Shown one piece after another: positions 39,644 through 51,232 of a stretch of 64,000 nucleotides of DNA. This stretch comes from Methanoregula sp. (GTDB lineage: Archaea; Halobacteriota; Methanomicrobia; Methanomicrobiales; Methanospirillaceae). Both the position numbers and the translations under genes were made by a program. Each line of letters opens with the position of its first letter. Position 1 is the stretch's first letter. The stretch covers positions 149,195 to 213,194 of the forward strand of contig NZ_JBEKZF010000003.1 in the NCBI RefSeq assembly GCF_049510175.1, given 5' to 3'. Below the pieces are notes generated by a model. The model did not search any database and was not told the DNA's origin. It saw only the letters and a program-made list of their open reading frames with translations.

Positions 39644-39967
39644 TCATCGGGATTTGCGATCAGATGGCGTTACACTATCGTCAGCCTCTCGCCTCTCCAT
39701 GAAGAGCATTTTGTTGGGTGCTTTATGCTCATAATGATCTGCCAGTCGTTTCACCTCTTCATAGGCCTTCTGTTTGTCCTTGTACCCGGTGAAGAGGATG
39801 CGGATATTATCACTATCATCTTTGAGGTACGCGGCCTCGGGATATTCGATGAGCACGATCTGACCTCCGGGACCGAAGTGTCGCTCTTCGATCTCCCCTA
39901 TCATATACCGCTCGCGCTGTTCCATTGTCGGAGCGGAGTGTTTGTCTGCATAATGGAAAACGCTCAT
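39644..39967 (-). CDS. Hypothetical protein (MSVFHYADKH...)
   Basis: GGAG SD before ATG 39967; typical codon usage. Confidence 0.6.
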   Translation of the reverse strand: MSVFHYADKHSAPTMEQRERYMIGEIEERHFGPGGQIVLIEYPEAAYLKDDSDNIRILFTGYKDKQKAYEEVKRLADHYEHKAPNKMLFMERREADDSVTPSDRKSR

Positions 39968-40365
39968 TTCAATCTCCCTGTGATGAATGATTGTTGATTC
40001 ATGCGATGATAAATAGCGGATCCTCCTATCATGGTTGCTGTACGTTACTTCCCCTCTACAATCCTCCTTGGGAAAGGTGAATGCACCAGCCGCCATCATA
40101 CTCCGGGCAGTCCGGTCCCTTGGATGGGACAAGCGATGTATCAAAGTTCTCCGGGTCTTTCATCATTCCGGGGATTGTGTTCTTTTCCATGAACCATAAG
40201 GTCGTCTCGGTGGTCATGGGAGATGATCTCAGGTATGGCACCGGGAAAAAATAAGGTAACCCGCTTGTTTCTTCCGTTTTCCCGTGCATTTTTCCCAAAA
40301 CCAACCGGATTAAAATATAACCCTGAAGACCGCCAATAAAAAAGTAATTGTGTGGATCACTCCTT

Positions 40366-41676
40366 ATGGATGACGTGTACCTTATCGAGATCCGGCTCGG
40401 CAGGACCAAATGGAGGGTTAAACAGACCATCTTCGCCATTGCCCTGACGTTCGGCATTGAACCGTATATGGAACGGCACCCGCACGTCACGCTCTACGGG
40501 CCGATGGAGCTGAAGGATGGTATCAGCCACCAGCAGGTCCTCGATGCGATCGCAGCCATAGCGGTACAGTATGATCCCGTCCCGTTCACTCTTGACCGTT
40601 TTGAGAAACGTGAAGGCATGCATGGCGGTGTCATCGCCTTTTCCGTCCGGCCTTCCGGCAGCCTGAAAAAGCTGGCTGCAGAGATCGCCGAGGCATTACT
40701 GCCCATCACCCGGAGCCACAATGCATGGGATGCCCGGCCGGAACAGAAATGGTTTCACATAACGGTCGCCAATCGCCTCGATCTCACGAAGGCGTCTGCG
40801 ATATTCTCGGCTCTGCCGGGACCTGACAGCACGGACAATCCGCCAGCGCAGCGACGGGGAGTCCTCGCCCGTATCCTCTACCCTATCCGCACATGCCTTT
40901 TTCCCGAAAAGGACCATCTCATCCGTCCCATCCTTCTTGACGAGGACGGGCTGAGGATCACGGTCATGCACGGGGAACAGATCCTTGCCGAGTATGATCT
41001 CCTTGAAAAACGCTGGGTTTATGAAGATCACCGGCATGACGGCAGATCGTGGCAGGAGACTCTTGCACGGTTCCGGAAACATGCTGGATTTGAGCGTAAG
41101 GAACCATGCCCGCACGGTGCCGGCGACATCCTCCTTATTGCCGATCTCCATCTCGGCCATGCAAATATCATCCGCTACTGTTCACGCCCGTTCAGCGTTT
41201 CCGATCCCGGCGAGATGGACCGGGTTCTGATCGCCAACTGGAATACCGTCGTCTCTCCCGCTACACGGATCTACCATCTCGGGGACCTTTGCTATGGCAA
41301 AAATGTTCCTCCTGCGAAAGAATACCGGAAACAACTTAAAGGAACTATCACCTTCATTGCCGGGAATCACGATGCACCTGACCCGGCGACCCTTTCTTCA
41401 GCCCTTATTGAATATATGGGAATGCAATTCCTTCTCATTCATGATCCTGCGATGGCCCCTGCCACGTTTGACGGCTGGGTGGTACACGGCCACCACCATA
41501 ACAACGATCTCCGCCATTACCCGTTCATCGATTTTGAACACCGCCGGATCAACGTCAGTACGGAAGTGGCGGGGTATGCACCGGTCAGTCTCGCGGATAC
41601 CTGGTCCCTTATCCAGTACCGCATGACTACCGGAAACACCCAACCGATCCTCCTCAATTATCCCTATACGGAATGA
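40366..41676 (+). CDS. 2H-phosphoesterase (2'-5' RNA ligase-like) fused to calcineurin-like metallophosphoesterase
   Basis: PHVTL and FHITV (two HxT motifs), then ADLHLGH, LGD, GNHD and HGHHH. Confidence 0.85.
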   Translation: MDDVYLIEIRLGRTKWRVKQTIFAIALTFGIEPYMERHPHVTLYGPMELKDGISHQQVLDAIAAIAVQYDPVPFTLDRFEKREGMHGGVIAFSVRPSGSLKKLAAEIAEALLPITRSHNAWDARPEQKWFHITVANRLDLTKASAIFSALPGPDSTDNPPAQRRGVLARILYPIRTCLFPEKDHLIRPILLDEDGLRITVMHGEQILAEYDLLEKRWVYEDHRHDGRSWQETLARFRKHAGFERKEPCPHGAGDILLIADLHLGHANIIRYCSRPFSVSDPGEMDRVLIANWNTVVSPATRIYHLGDLCYGKNVPPAKEYRKQLKGTITFIAGNHDAPDPATLSSALIEYMGMQFLLIHDPAMAPATFDGWVVHGHHHNNDLRHYPFIDFEHRRINVSTEVAGYAPVSLADTWSLIQYRMTTGNTQPILLNYPYTE

Positions 41677-41753
41677 GCGCAGACCATCCAGGGTCCTCCT
41701 TCACAACGTATTTACGATATGCCGGATACATCCACCGTAAAGGTGAACATCCG

Positions 41754-43121
41754 ATGCTGTTTGAACGGATAGTGGCAGAGGGCCTTGCCCATAACTCGTA
41801 CCTTATTGGATCGGGTGACGAGGGGGCAGTCATCGACCCCCGCCGTGACTGCAGGGTCTACCTCGACATTGCGCGCCGGAACCATCTCGTCATCAGAGAC
41901 ATCTTCGAAACGCACCGGAATGAGGATTATGTGATCGGCTCTCGTGAACTCTCGAACCAGTGCGGCGCAGAGATCTGGCATGGGGCACATATGCCGTTCC
42001 TGTACGGGAAACCTGTCAAGGACAAAGACCAGTTTACCCTTGGCTCGCTGGGAATCGAAGTGCTTGAAACTCCCGGCCACACGGAGGAGAGTATCACGCT
42101 TGTAGTGAGGGATCGGGAGGTTGCAGACGAGCCTTATATGATCTTCTGCGGCGATACGCTCTTTGCCGGCGATATTGCACGCACGGACTTTTTCGGCCAG
42201 GAGCGAAAGGCCGAAATGGCCGGTAAAATATTCGATTCCATCACGGGAAAGATCCTCCCGCTCGGCGACGGGGTTATCGTCTGCCCGGCCCATGGCGCAG
42301 GATCAATCTGCGGCGGCACTATCGCAGACCACCCGTTCACGACTATCGGGTATGAACGGCAGACAAATCCCCTGATCAGGATGGGCCGCGATGCATTTAT
42401 TGCACAGCGGGTCACCGAATCTCCGTATCTCCCCCCCTATTTCCGGCAGATGGAGAGGTACAACAAAGACGGGGCGCCTCTCCTTGTCCGTAATCCGTTC
42501 CCGAAGGACCTCAGGATTGCCGAAGTAAACGAGTACCGGAGAGCCGGATGCCAGATCGTTGATATCCGCTCCCCGACCAGTTTCGGCGCCAGCCACATCC
42601 CGGAAAGCCTCTCCATCTGGCGCGAGGGACTTGCCTCGTTCATGGGCTGGGTCCTCGACTATGAGAAACCGGTCATTCTTGTTGACGATTTCAACCTTGA
42701 CCTCGACCAGATTGCCCGGCATTTTATCCGGCTCGGGTATGACAACCTTGCCGGTGTCCTTGCCGGGGGCTTTCCCGCATGGACAAAAGCGGCGCAGGAG
42801 ATTGCAGCCATCCAGACCTGCTCTGTCTGGCAGTTGAAGGAACGTCTTGAAAAAGAATCCCCGTTCCTGCTGGATGTCCGGGATATCAAAAACTGGCGCG
42901 CTGTCGGCCACATCCGTGGTGCGCACCATGTCTATGTCGGGGAACTCCCACAACACCTTTCGGAAATCCCGAAGAACGAGCCTGTTGTGGTCTATTGCGA
43001 TGCCGGGTTCAAAGGAAGCCTGGCCGCAAGCATCCTTGCCCGCAACAACTACCGCACTATCACGAATGTCATTGGCGGGATGACCGCGTGGAAACAGGCA
43101 GGGTTCAAAACCGAGCGATAA
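41754..43121 (+). CDS. MBL-fold hydrolase with two rhodanese domains; alternative start 41673
   Basis: ETHRNEDY, TPGHT, GDTLF, PAHG, DIRSP, DVR..GHIRGA and YCDAG. Confidence 0.88.
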   Translation: MLFERIVAEGLAHNSYLIGSGDEGAVIDPRRDCRVYLDIARRNHLVIRDIFETHRNEDYVIGSRELSNQCGAEIWHGAHMPFLYGKPVKDKDQFTLGSLGIEVLETPGHTEESITLVVRDREVADEPYMIFCGDTLFAGDIARTDFFGQERKAEMAGKIFDSITGKILPLGDGVIVCPAHGAGSICGGTIADHPFTTIGYERQTNPLIRMGRDAFIAQRVTESPYLPPYFRQMERYNKDGAPLLVRNPFPKDLRIAEVNEYRRAGCQIVDIRSPTSFGASHIPESLSIWREGLASFMGWVLDYEKPVILVDDFNLDLDQIARHFIRLGYDNLAGVLAGGFPAWTKAAQEIAAIQTCSVWQLKERLEKESPFLLDVRDIKNWRAVGHIRGAHHVYVGELPQHLSEIPKNEPVVVYCDAGFKGSLAASILARNNYRTITNVIGGMTAWKQAGFKTER

Positions 43122-43185
43122 TTTTTGTATAAGCGCCAATTGAAAAGATTTATCTACTCCTGTTGGGAATCACGTTTGAGAGTCT

Positions 43186-43662
43186 ATGGATATCATAAAG
43201 ATCCCGCGGGTGGACAAAGTTGAATATGACAAACTGATCGAGAAAGGGTATATCTGCCGGATCGCGTTCCAGGGGGAAAAATATCCCTATATTGCCCCGT
43301 TCCTGTATGTCTTCGACGGTTCGTTCCTCTATTTCCTCTCGACAAAATATGGCAAGAAGATCGAATATTTCCGGAAAAGCCCCTATGCGTCTGTTGAGAT
43401 CGAGAAGTTCACCAAGGACCTCTCATCCTACACGTTCGTCACGCTCCAGGGATACCTGGAAGAGGTGCATGACTCGATTGAGAAGAAGATCATTCGGGAC
43501 AAATTTGTCGACCTGATTGTTGAGCGCAACCTTTCCTGCAACATCCTTGCCGCCCTCGGCCATTCCCCCTTCGATCCACCGGTAGCCATTGCTGAGGAGG
43601 ATCGTTCCATTGTCTGGAAACTTGTCGGGGTCAAAGACATCGTGTCGCTGAAGAACCTCTGA
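43186..43662 (+). CDS. Pyridoxamine 5'-phosphate oxidase-like (FMN/F420-binding split barrel) protein
   Basis: ICRIAF, PYIAP, GKKIEYFRKSP motifs. Confidence 0.8.
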   Translation: MDIIKIPRVDKVEYDKLIEKGYICRIAFQGEKYPYIAPFLYVFDGSFLYFLSTKYGKKIEYFRKSPYASVEIEKFTKDLSSYTFVTLQGYLEEVHDSIEKKIIRDKFVDLIVERNLSCNILAALGHSPFDPPVAIAEEDRSIVWKLVGVKDIVSLKNL

Positions 43663-43670
43663 TCACTTTT

Positions 43671-45794
43671 TTAACGGCTGAAAACTTCTTCAAGTGCATC
43701 TGCATCGGTGATGGGGATGGAACACGTATGCGCGGAGCAGACATAAACGGTTGCTTTCCCTTCCTTCCTGACCAGATCTTTTGTGAATGGCGCAAGAGTG
43801 GGAAGAGCCGTTGCCGGTGCTGAAGTGGAGCGGAAAAGGACCGTGCAGTTGGGGAGATACCGTGAACGCACGGCAGCGATCATGCGTTCCGTATCTGGTG
43901 CACCGGTATCCCCGGCAATAACGATCTCCTGTGAATACCATGATGCCCAATCGATAGCACAAAGGAACCACCCATAGGCTGCGGGATTATCCGTTACCCG
44001 GCTCCCGAAATGGCGTGCGAGGGAATGGGCATGTTCCTCATGTGCCGGGTCTCCGGTCAGCCGGAAGAGTCGGATGAGGTTTTCGCAGGACACCGAATTT
44101 GCCGACGGGATGGCCCCGTCATAAATCTCTTTCTTCCGGGCAAAAAGCACCTCGGCTTTATCGGATACGGAAAAATATCCCCCCTGTTGCGGATCGAGGA
44201 AATGCGCCTGGAAGAGCATGTTGAGGGCGAGTGCATCCGACAGGTAATGCGTATCAAACGTGGTCTCGTACAATTCTATGAGTCCAAGGATGACAAAGGC
44301 ATAATCATCGGCAAAGGCCGGGATTGCTGCTTCACCGTCACGGTACCGGTGCAGGAGACTACCTCCCCCCGTGCGCATATCCCTGAGCAGGAAGGTCATT
44401 GCCCTCTCAGCTGCAGAAAGGTACTGCGCATTCCCCAGTACACGTGCCGCCTTCGCCAGCGCCGCGATAAAAAGCCCGTTCCCGTCAGCCAGCACCTTGT
44501 CATCGCGGGAAGGGCGCGGCCGTTTCTCCCGTGCAGCAAACAGCCGGGAGCGTAGAGAATCCAGTCGGGCACTGAGCTCTGGCTCGACCATACCCAGAGA
44601 AGTGGCGAGATTGCTCTGCGGCACTGACCGGTAAAGGATGTTTGTGCGGTCACCGTGGCCAAAGCCCGACCAATTCCCGGAAGGCGCTACACTGAAGAGT
44701 CGAGCGGCGAGTGTACTATCTTCCGGTCCGAGCACCGCTTCCAGTTCCGCATACGTCCAGAGATAAAACGCACCTTCCCCGCCGGGACTATCCGCATCCT
44801 CCGCCGAAATGAACGCACCTTCAGGTGATGGGAGATCGCGGAGGACATAGGCAATGATCTCCTCTGCAGTATGACGGTACCGGTCATACCCCGTTGCGTG
44901 GAACGCTTCGGTATACGCCATCAGGAGGAGTGCCTGGTCGTACAGCATCTTCTCGAAATGCGGCACGCGCCATTGTGCGTCGGTGGAGTACCGGTGAAAT
45001 CCCCCGCCGAGCTGATCGCAGATCCCGCCGTCCCGCAACGCATCCAGTGTTTTTACGGCCATCTCAAGGGCCCGTTTCTTCCCGGTCCGTTTCCAGTACC
45101 GGAGAAGGAAGAGCAGGACATGAGGCGTCGGGAATTTAGGGGCATCTCCGAACCCCCCGTACTCGGGATCGAATCGCAGGACCAGTTCCTCGTACCCGTC
45201 ATCGAGAAGCGTGGCATCCGGCACCTGACCGGGAGAGTCCGGTCGTCGGCCCTGAAGCACACTGATGATCTTTTCTGAAGACCGGAGGAGCTCGGGCCGC
45301 TGGTGGTGCCATGCCTGTACAATCCGGGGCAGGATCTCGAGGAGGCCAGAGATGGAGAAGCGGCGTTCTTTCGGGAGGTATGTAGCGGCAAAGAACGGTT
45401 TTTTATCCGGAGTCATGATTATGGTGAGTGGCCAGCCACCCTGTCCGGTGACCATCTGGCAGACGCTCATGTAGATGCTGTCGATGTCGGGGCGTTCCTC
45501 GCGGTCCACCTTGATGGAGATGAAATCCCGGTTCAGCAGGTCTGCCACGTCGGGGTCCTCAAACGACTCGTGCGCCATCACGTGACACCAGTGGCAGGTC
45601 GCATATCCAATGGAGAGAAACACCGGCTTATCTTCACGCGCTGCACGGTCAAAGGCCTCTTCTCCCCACGGGTACCAGTCGACCGGGTTTGCAGCGTGCT
45701 GGAGCAGGTAGGGGCTCTTCTCGTGGATCAGCCGGTTGGAAAAACGGGTCACCGTGTGACCGTTTCCTGTTTCGGCCGGAAGATCCCGTTCCAT
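43671..45794 (-). CDS. YyaL/DUF255 thioredoxin-domain protein
   Basis: [41 protein letters not shown]. Confidence 0.92.
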   Translation of the reverse strand: MERDLPAETGNGHTVTRFSNRLIHEKSPYLLQHAANPVDWYPWGEEAFDRAAREDKPVFLSIGYATCHWCHVMAHESFEDPDVADLLNRDFISIKVDREERPDIDSIYMSVCQMVTGQGGWPLTIIMTPDKKPFFAATYLPKERRFSISGLLEILPRIVQAWHHQRPELLRSSEKIISVLQGRRPDSPGQVPDATLLDDGYEELVLRFDPEYGGFGDAPKFPTPHVLLFLLRYWKRTGKKRALEMAVKTLDALRDGGICDQLGGGFHRYSTDAQWRVPHFEKMLYDQALLLMAYTEAFHATGYDRYRHTAEEIIAYVLRDLPSPEGAFISAEDADSPGGEGAFYLWTYAELEAVLGPEDSTLAARLFSVAPSGNWSGFGHGDRTNILYRSVPQSNLATSLGMVEPELSARLDSLRSRLFAAREKRPRPSRDDKVLADGNGLFIAALAKAARVLGNAQYLSAAERAMTFLLRDMRTGGGSLLHRYRDGEAAIPAFADDYAFVILGLIELYETTFDTHYLSDALALNMLFQAHFLDPQQGGYFSVSDKAEVLFARKKEIYDGAIPSANSVSCENLIRLFRLTGDPAHEEHAHSLARHFGSRVTDNPAAYGWFLCAIDWASWYSQEIVIAGDTGAPDTERMIAAVRSRYLPNCTVLFRSTSAPATALPTLAPFTKDLVRKEGKATVYVCSAHTCSIPITDADALEEVFSR

Positions 45795-45968
45795 ACCCGC
45801 ACATGAGGCGTGGGACCATATCAGTCTTTCACACGTACCAGCAGCAGGCCCCGGCAATAACGAACCGGGACGGGTGGGATGTAGCGTGATGGACGTGGCA
45901 TCCTGGATCTCCTGTCGCTGTGCTTATGTGCCCCGTGCCTAAATGATCCTGGGTAAGTCCTGATCGGT

Positions 45969-46697
45969 ATGGAGACGCTTTCCTTTCTCATCGTCATTGC
46001 GACCGGCATCGTCATGATGCTCATCTCCACGATGCTGGATCATCTCTGGGCGCAGGTATTGCCCCTGCGGATCTTCTATTACGCGATACGGGCGCCCGGC
46101 GTGATCGTCCACGAATGCTCGCATATCCTCGGCTGCCTCCTCACCGGTGCGGCAATAACGAACATGGTATTCTTCTCCAAAGATGGCGGTTCGGTCACGT
46201 ACACGCGTCCGAAGATCCCGGTGCTCGGCGATGTCATTATCAGTTCGGCACCACTGTTCTGCATACCGCTCGTCCTCACCGGGTTGATGTGGTGCTTCTC
46301 CCGGTTCCTTGGCTGCACCTTCCCGGCCTTCCCGGTATCCATCGATTCGACAGGAGCCCTGCACAGCCTTGCCACCAGTATCCTCGAGCTGTTCACGCAG
46401 AACCTCTTTGCAGACTTCCATCCCTGGTTCCTGCTCTATCTCTACCTCACGCTCAGCCTCGTCCTCTCGGTTGCCCCCAGCGCACAGGATGTCAGGAATG
46501 CGGCGATCGGCATTGTCCTGATCGTGCTCTGCGGGCTGCTTATCTTCATAAGCGCGATACCCTGGGCCGTGAGCATTCTCTGGGAAATAACCAATGTCCT
46601 TGGGATGGGTTTTGCACTGGGCCTCACATTCGGCCTGATTGCGCTGGTGGTATCGATTCCCTCCCTGGCATGGTATGTATATACCCACCGGCCGTAG
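45969..46697 (+). CDS. M50-like membrane metalloprotease
   Basis: APGVIVHECSH (HExxH), GGSVT, APSAQD and multiple TM segments. Confidence 0.7.
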   Translation: METLSFLIVIATGIVMMLISTMLDHLWAQVLPLRIFYYAIRAPGVIVHECSHILGCLLTGAAITNMVFFSKDGGSVTYTRPKIPVLGDVIISSAPLFCIPLVLTGLMWCFSRFLGCTFPAFPVSIDSTGALHSLATSILELFTQNLFADFHPWFLLYLYLTLSLVLSVAPSAQDVRNAAIGIVLIVLCGLLIFISAIPWAVSILWEITNVLGMGFALGLTFGLIALVVSIPSLAWYVYTHRP

Positions 46698-46727
46698 GTA
46701 TCCTCAGGATCGATCAGATCGGTATTA

Positions 46728-49439
46728 ATGGATCCGGAGGGATACCTATCTGCACTCATGGTGCGTGAAGCCGGACCTGATGGCAGGACAGAAGACGACA
46801 ACAGCCCCCGCTCAACGCCGGTCATGCGGCAGTACCGGGAGATGAAGGAGCAGCACCCGGATACGATCCTCTTCTTCCGCATCGGCGATTTTTACGAGAC
46901 CTTCGATGCGGATGCAGAACTGGTATCCCGGGAACTGGAGATCGTCCTGACCTCCCGGTCCCGGAGCGGGGACAACCGGATCCCTCTCGCGGGCGTCCCC
47001 TATCACGCGGCTGACGGGTACATCGCAAAACTGATCGGCAAAGGCTACAAAGTGGCAGTCTGCGATCAGATCGGGGATGCAAAGAACAGCAAGGGGATCG
47101 TGAAACGCGAGATCGTGCGGGTCATCACCCCCGGAACGGTCATCGATTCCACGCTCGTCCCCTCGGTTGCGGCCACGTACCTGATGGCTGTCTCCCCGGA
47201 TGCAAAGCAGCAGGAATGGGGTATTGCACTCCTCGACATCTCCACGGGAGAATTCTTTGCCGCTGTCATTGCACACGATCCCGCGCTTGAAGAATTGCGA
47301 TCGGAGATTGCGCGGTACCGTCCTGCCGAATGCATGGTCCCTGCATCTGTTCCGGAGCCGGTCCGGCAGCGCATCCGTGACTCCGGTGTTGTTGTAACAA
47401 CCTGCCGGGATGAAGTATTCAATGAAGGCCGTGCACGGCAACTCCTCTGCGGGCATTTCCATGTGGCATCGCTTGCCGGGTTCGGGTTTGACGACGGTTC
47501 CTGCGCGGTCAGTGCTGCCGGCGCTGCGCTTGCCTATGCCCAGGAGACGCAGCATGCGGCACTCCCCCACATCAGTTCCCTCTCGATGCGCAGTTCCACC
47601 CAGTCCATGCAGCTGGATGCCGTCACCCTGCGCAACCTTGAAGTCCGGGAGAGCATCCGCGCCGGGACCAAAGGGGCGACCCTCTTCTCCTCGCTCGACC
47701 TGACGCGGACCCCGATGGGCAGCCGGCTCTTAAACCGCCACCTCACGCGACCCCTGAACGACATCGCGGCGATCAATCGCCGGCTGGATGCGGTGGAATT
47801 CCTTGCAGGGAAGACCGCTGCACGACTCTCCCTGAGAGACCAGCTCAGGTCGTGTGGTGACATCGAACGGATCGCTGCCCGGATCGCGTACGGGAACGCC
47901 GGTCCCCGCGATCTGGTCGCGCTGGCGGAAACCCTTTCTGCCCTCCCGGGGCTGAAGCAGTGCCTTACAGAAACCCACTGTGCCCTGCCAGACCTGGTGT
48001 CGGACGCCCTGACCGGGATAAGGGATCTGCCCGAAGTCATCGATCTCATCCGGAGGGCAATCACCGATGATCCTCCTGCCATAGCACGGAACGGCGGGGT
48101 CATCCGCGCCGGTTATAACCCGGAACTCGATGCAATCAGCGGCGTCCTGCACTCGGGAAAGGACTGGATTGCCGAGCTCCAGGCACAGGAACGGGAAGCA
48201 ACCGGCATCAAATCGCTCAGGATCGGGTACAACCGCATCTTCGGGTATTACATCGAGGTCACAAAGCCCAATGTCCCGCTCGTCCCGGCCCGGTACGAGC
48301 GCAAGCAGACAACAGCAACCGGGGAACGGTACACGATCCCCGAGCTGCGGGAGAAAGAGGCCCTCATCACGAATGCCGATGAACGCGTGCTCGCGCTCGA
48401 ACGGGAAATGTACACCAAACTCCTCGAAACCCTGCGCGAGAGTACTCATGCATTCCAGTCCATAGCAAACGGGATTGCCGCGCTCGATGTTGCCTCTACC
48501 CTCGCGGAGGTGGCACAGGTCCGGCATTACGTCCGCCCGCAGATGGATGACAGCGATGCGATCGTCATCCGTGACGGGCGGCACCCGGTGGTCGAACAGG
48601 GAGTTGCGGGAGGGTTTGTCCCGAACGATACGGAACTCTCTGGCAGCGGCACCCAGATCATGATCATCACGGGCGCGAACATGGCCGGGAAGTCCACCTA
48701 CATGCGGGCCGCCGCGCTCATCTGCATTATGGCGCAGGCAGGCAGCTTTGTCCCGGCCCGGCACGCGCGTGTCGGCATTCTCGACCGGATCTTCACGCGG
48801 GTCGGCGCATTCGATGACCTGGCAAGCGGGCAGAGTACCTTCTTTGTCGAGATGCTGGAGCTCGCAAATATCCTTAACAACGTCACCCCGAAGAGCTTGG
48901 TCATCCTCGATGAGATCGGCCGGGGGACAAGCACTGCGGACGGGTCGTCGATCGCCCGCTCCGTGCTCGAATACCTGCACGGGAAATCCGGGGCCGGCCC
49001 AAAAACACTCTTTGCCACCCATTTCCACGAACTCATCACCATGGAAGAGCACCTCAAACGGGTAAAAAACTACCACTTTGCGGTGAAAGAAACAAAAGAC
49101 GAAGTGATCTTTCTCCGTAAGATCATACCCGGCGCAACGGACAAGAGTTATGGTATCCACGTCGCACGGCTAGCCGGCATCCCGAAGAGAGTGACCGAGC
49201 GTGCCGAGGCCCTCCTCGACGAGAACATGAACGGGCGGGTCGCGGGCAGCACCCGCCCCCAGCGCTATACCCAGATCCTCCTCATGGACGAACGGGTCGA
49301 TGCTCCTGCCGGCACGGTCCACCCGGTGCTGGAAGAACTGGGGAGCATGAACCCGGACGAGATGACACCCCTCCAGGCGCTCTCGAAGATTACCGAACTG
49401 AAGCGGAAGCTTGAGGACAACGGGGGGGGGAACAGATGA
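46728..49439 (+). CDS. mutS: DNA mismatch repair protein MutS
   Basis: TPVMRQY, GDFYE, TPMG.R, TGANMAGKST, ASGQSTF, DEIGRGT, ATHFHE, SYGIHVA. Confidence 0.97.
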   Translation: MDPEGYLSALMVREAGPDGRTEDDNSPRSTPVMRQYREMKEQHPDTILFFRIGDFYETFDADAELVSRELEIVLTSRSRSGDNRIPLAGVPYHAADGYIAKLIGKGYKVAVCDQIGDAKNSKGIVKREIVRVITPGTVIDSTLVPSVAATYLMAVSPDAKQQEWGIALLDISTGEFFAAVIAHDPALEELRSEIARYRPAECMVPASVPEPVRQRIRDSGVVVTTCRDEVFNEGRARQLLCGHFHVASLAGFGFDDGSCAVSAAGAALAYAQETQHAALPHISSLSMRSSTQSMQLDAVTLRNLEVRESIRAGTKGATLFSSLDLTRTPMGSRLLNRHLTRPLNDIAAINRRLDAVEFLAGKTAARLSLRDQLRSCGDIERIAARIAYGNAGPRDLVALAETLSALPGLKQCLTETHCALPDLVSDALTGIRDLPEVIDLIRRAITDDPPAIARNGGVIRAGYNPELDAISGVLHSGKDWIAELQAQEREATGIKSLRIGYNRIFGYYIEVTKPNVPLVPARYERKQTTATGERYTIPELREKEALITNADERVLALEREMYTKLLETLRESTHAFQSIANGIAALDVASTLAEVAQVRHYVRPQMDDSDAIVIRDGRHPVVEQGVAGGFVPNDTELSGSGTQIMIITGANMAGKSTYMRAAALICIMAQAGSFVPARHARVGILDRIFTRVGAFDDLASGQSTFFVEMLELANILNNVTPKSLVILDEIGRGTSTADGSSIARSVLEYLHGKSGAGPKTLFATHFHELITMEEHLKRVKNYHFAVKETKDEVIFLRKIIPGATDKSYGIHVARLAGIPKRVTERAEALLDENMNGRVAGSTRPQRYTQILLMDERVDAPAGTVHPVLEELGSMNPDEMTPLQALSKITELKRKLEDNGGGNR

Positions 49440-51232
49440 AACGCGGAAGCACCCCCCCGGACATTCATCTCCTCGATCAGGCAACGGTCAACCAGATCGC
49501 GGCCGGCGAAGTGGTGGAGCGGCCGGCCTCGGTCGTCAAGGAGCTCGTTGAGAACGCGATCGATGCCGGTGCACGGACGATCAGGATCGAGATCCTTTCG
49601 TCCGGAACTGATATACCATCCATCCGGATCACCGATGACGGTACCGGCATGTCCGCCGGGAATGCACTCCTCGCCTTCACTCCCCATGCGACCAGCAAGA
49701 TCGCCGGTATCACCGATCTGGACACGATCAGCACCCTTGGTTTCCGCGGCGAGGCACTGGCTAGCATCGCGGCTGTCTCCCGTGTCACGCTCATCACCCG
49801 GCCCCGGGACGATGACCTTGCGCCCGGAACAAAGATCGTCATCATGGGTGGCGAAGTCGTGGAGAATGTACCTGTCGGTGCTCCCGGCGGGACGAGCGTG
49901 CTTGTCGAGGATATCTTCTATAACACCCCGGCGCGGAAGAAATTCCAGAGAAGCAGGCAGACCGAACTCGCCCATGTCCACGATATGCTTGAAGGTGTCT
50001 TCCTCGCTCACCCCCATATTGCGTTCCGGCTCACGTACAACGGAACGGAACAACTGGTTACTGAGAGGGGCACCTCCCAGCTCGATACCATTGCCCGGAT
50101 CTATGGCGCCGGGCTGATACGGGACCTGGTGCCGGTATCAGTACAGAGCCCTCTCGTGAGGATCGCGGGCCACATCTCCCGTCCCTCGCTCTCCCGCAAG
50201 GACCATGCCCGGATCTTTATCGCGATCAACCAGAGGTATGTCTCCTCTCCCGCGATCACCAACGCAATCAAGGAAGGATACGGTACCCTGCTCCCGAAGG
50301 ACCGGTTTCCGGTGGCGTTCCTCTCGCTCGATATCGATCCGGGGCTTGTGGATGTCAATGTCCACCCGACCAAGAAACTGGTCCGGCTCTCCCGGGAACC
50401 GGAGATCGCCCGGGCCGTCAGCGACGCCGTGCACCGGGCTCTTGCCGGTCACGATCTCATACCCGACATACGGCCACCGGGGCCAGCGCATGCCATCACT
50501 GTCGATACCTCCTTTGGACCGGGACACTCCCGACCCTACCTGCATGATGCAGTCCCGCCCGGGGTTGTCAGCGAACCCACGCATATGGGCACAGTCGGCA
50601 CCGACCGCCAGCTCCGTCGGACTGCGCTGGCACCGGAACCTCTTCCGGCAAGTTCCATCCCTCCCCTCCGGGTCATCGGGGAGTTCGGTGGGATCTATAT
50701 CCTTGCGACAACGGAGACCGGGGAACTCATGGTCATCGACCAGCATGCCGCACATGAGCGGATCCTCTACGAACTTGCGGGACGGAAAGATGAGCGTGAG
50801 AAGCGCGTCCAGGAACTGATCGCCCCCGTAATCCTCCACCGGACACCCCGCGAGAGCGCGATCCTGTCGGAACTCCTGTCGGCGCTTGCAGATGAAGGTT
50901 TTCACATCGAGGAGTTCGGCAGGGATACGTTCGTTGTCCGTGCCATCCCGGTGGTCCTCGGGAAACTCGAAGACACTTCGCTCCTCGAGGATATCATCAG
51001 CGACCTGACAAGCACTGAACGGGGCCAGCGGGTCGACAACCGGGAGCGGATCACCCGCATCGTTGCGTGCCGTGGAGCGATCAAGGCCGGGACGGTCTGC
51101 ACACAGGAGCAGTGCCAGCGTGTGGCCGACCAGCTCCGGTTCACGAAAAACCCCTTCACCTGCCCCCATGGCCGCCCGACCATGATCCGGTTCTCGAAAG
51201 CGGACCTCGACAGTATGTTTAAAAGATCCTGA
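49436..51232 (+). CDS. mutL: DNA mismatch repair protein MutL
   Basis: IAAGEVVERP, ELVENAID, GFRGEAL, DVNVHPTK; endonuclease motifs DQHAAHERILYE, ACR and CPHGRP. Confidence 0.97.
   Translation: MKRGSTPPDIHLLDQATVNQIAAGEVVERPASVVKELVENAIDAGARTIRIEILSSGTDIPSIRITDDGTGMSAGNALLAFTPHATSKIAGITDLDTISTLGFRGEALASIAAVSRVTLITRPRDDDLAPGTKIVIMGGEVVENVPVGAPGGTSVLVEDIFYNTPARKKFQRSRQTELAHVHDMLEGVFLAHPHIAFRLTYNGTEQLVTERGTSQLDTIARIYGAGLIRDLVPVSVQSPLVRIAGHISRPSLSRKDHARIFIAINQRYVSSPAITNAIKEGYGTLLPKDRFPVAFLSLDIDPGLVDVNVHPTKKLVRLSREPEIARAVSDAVHRALAGHDLIPDIRPPGPAHAITVDTSFGPGHSRPYLHDAVPPGVVSEPTHMGTVGTDRQLRRTALAPEPLPASSIPPLRVIGEFGGIYILATTETGELMVIDQHAAHERILYELAGRKDEREKRVQELIAPVILHRTPRESAILSELLSALADEGFHIEEFGRDTFVVRAIPVVLGKLEDTSLLEDIISDLTSTERGQRVDNRERITRIVACRGAIKAGTVCTQEQCQRVADQLRFTKNPFTCPHGRPTMIRFSKADLDSMFKRS

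Noticed and set aside
47730-49160. 476-aa antisense ORF
   Set aside because: Shadow of mutS, typical of GC-rich codon bias; no motifs
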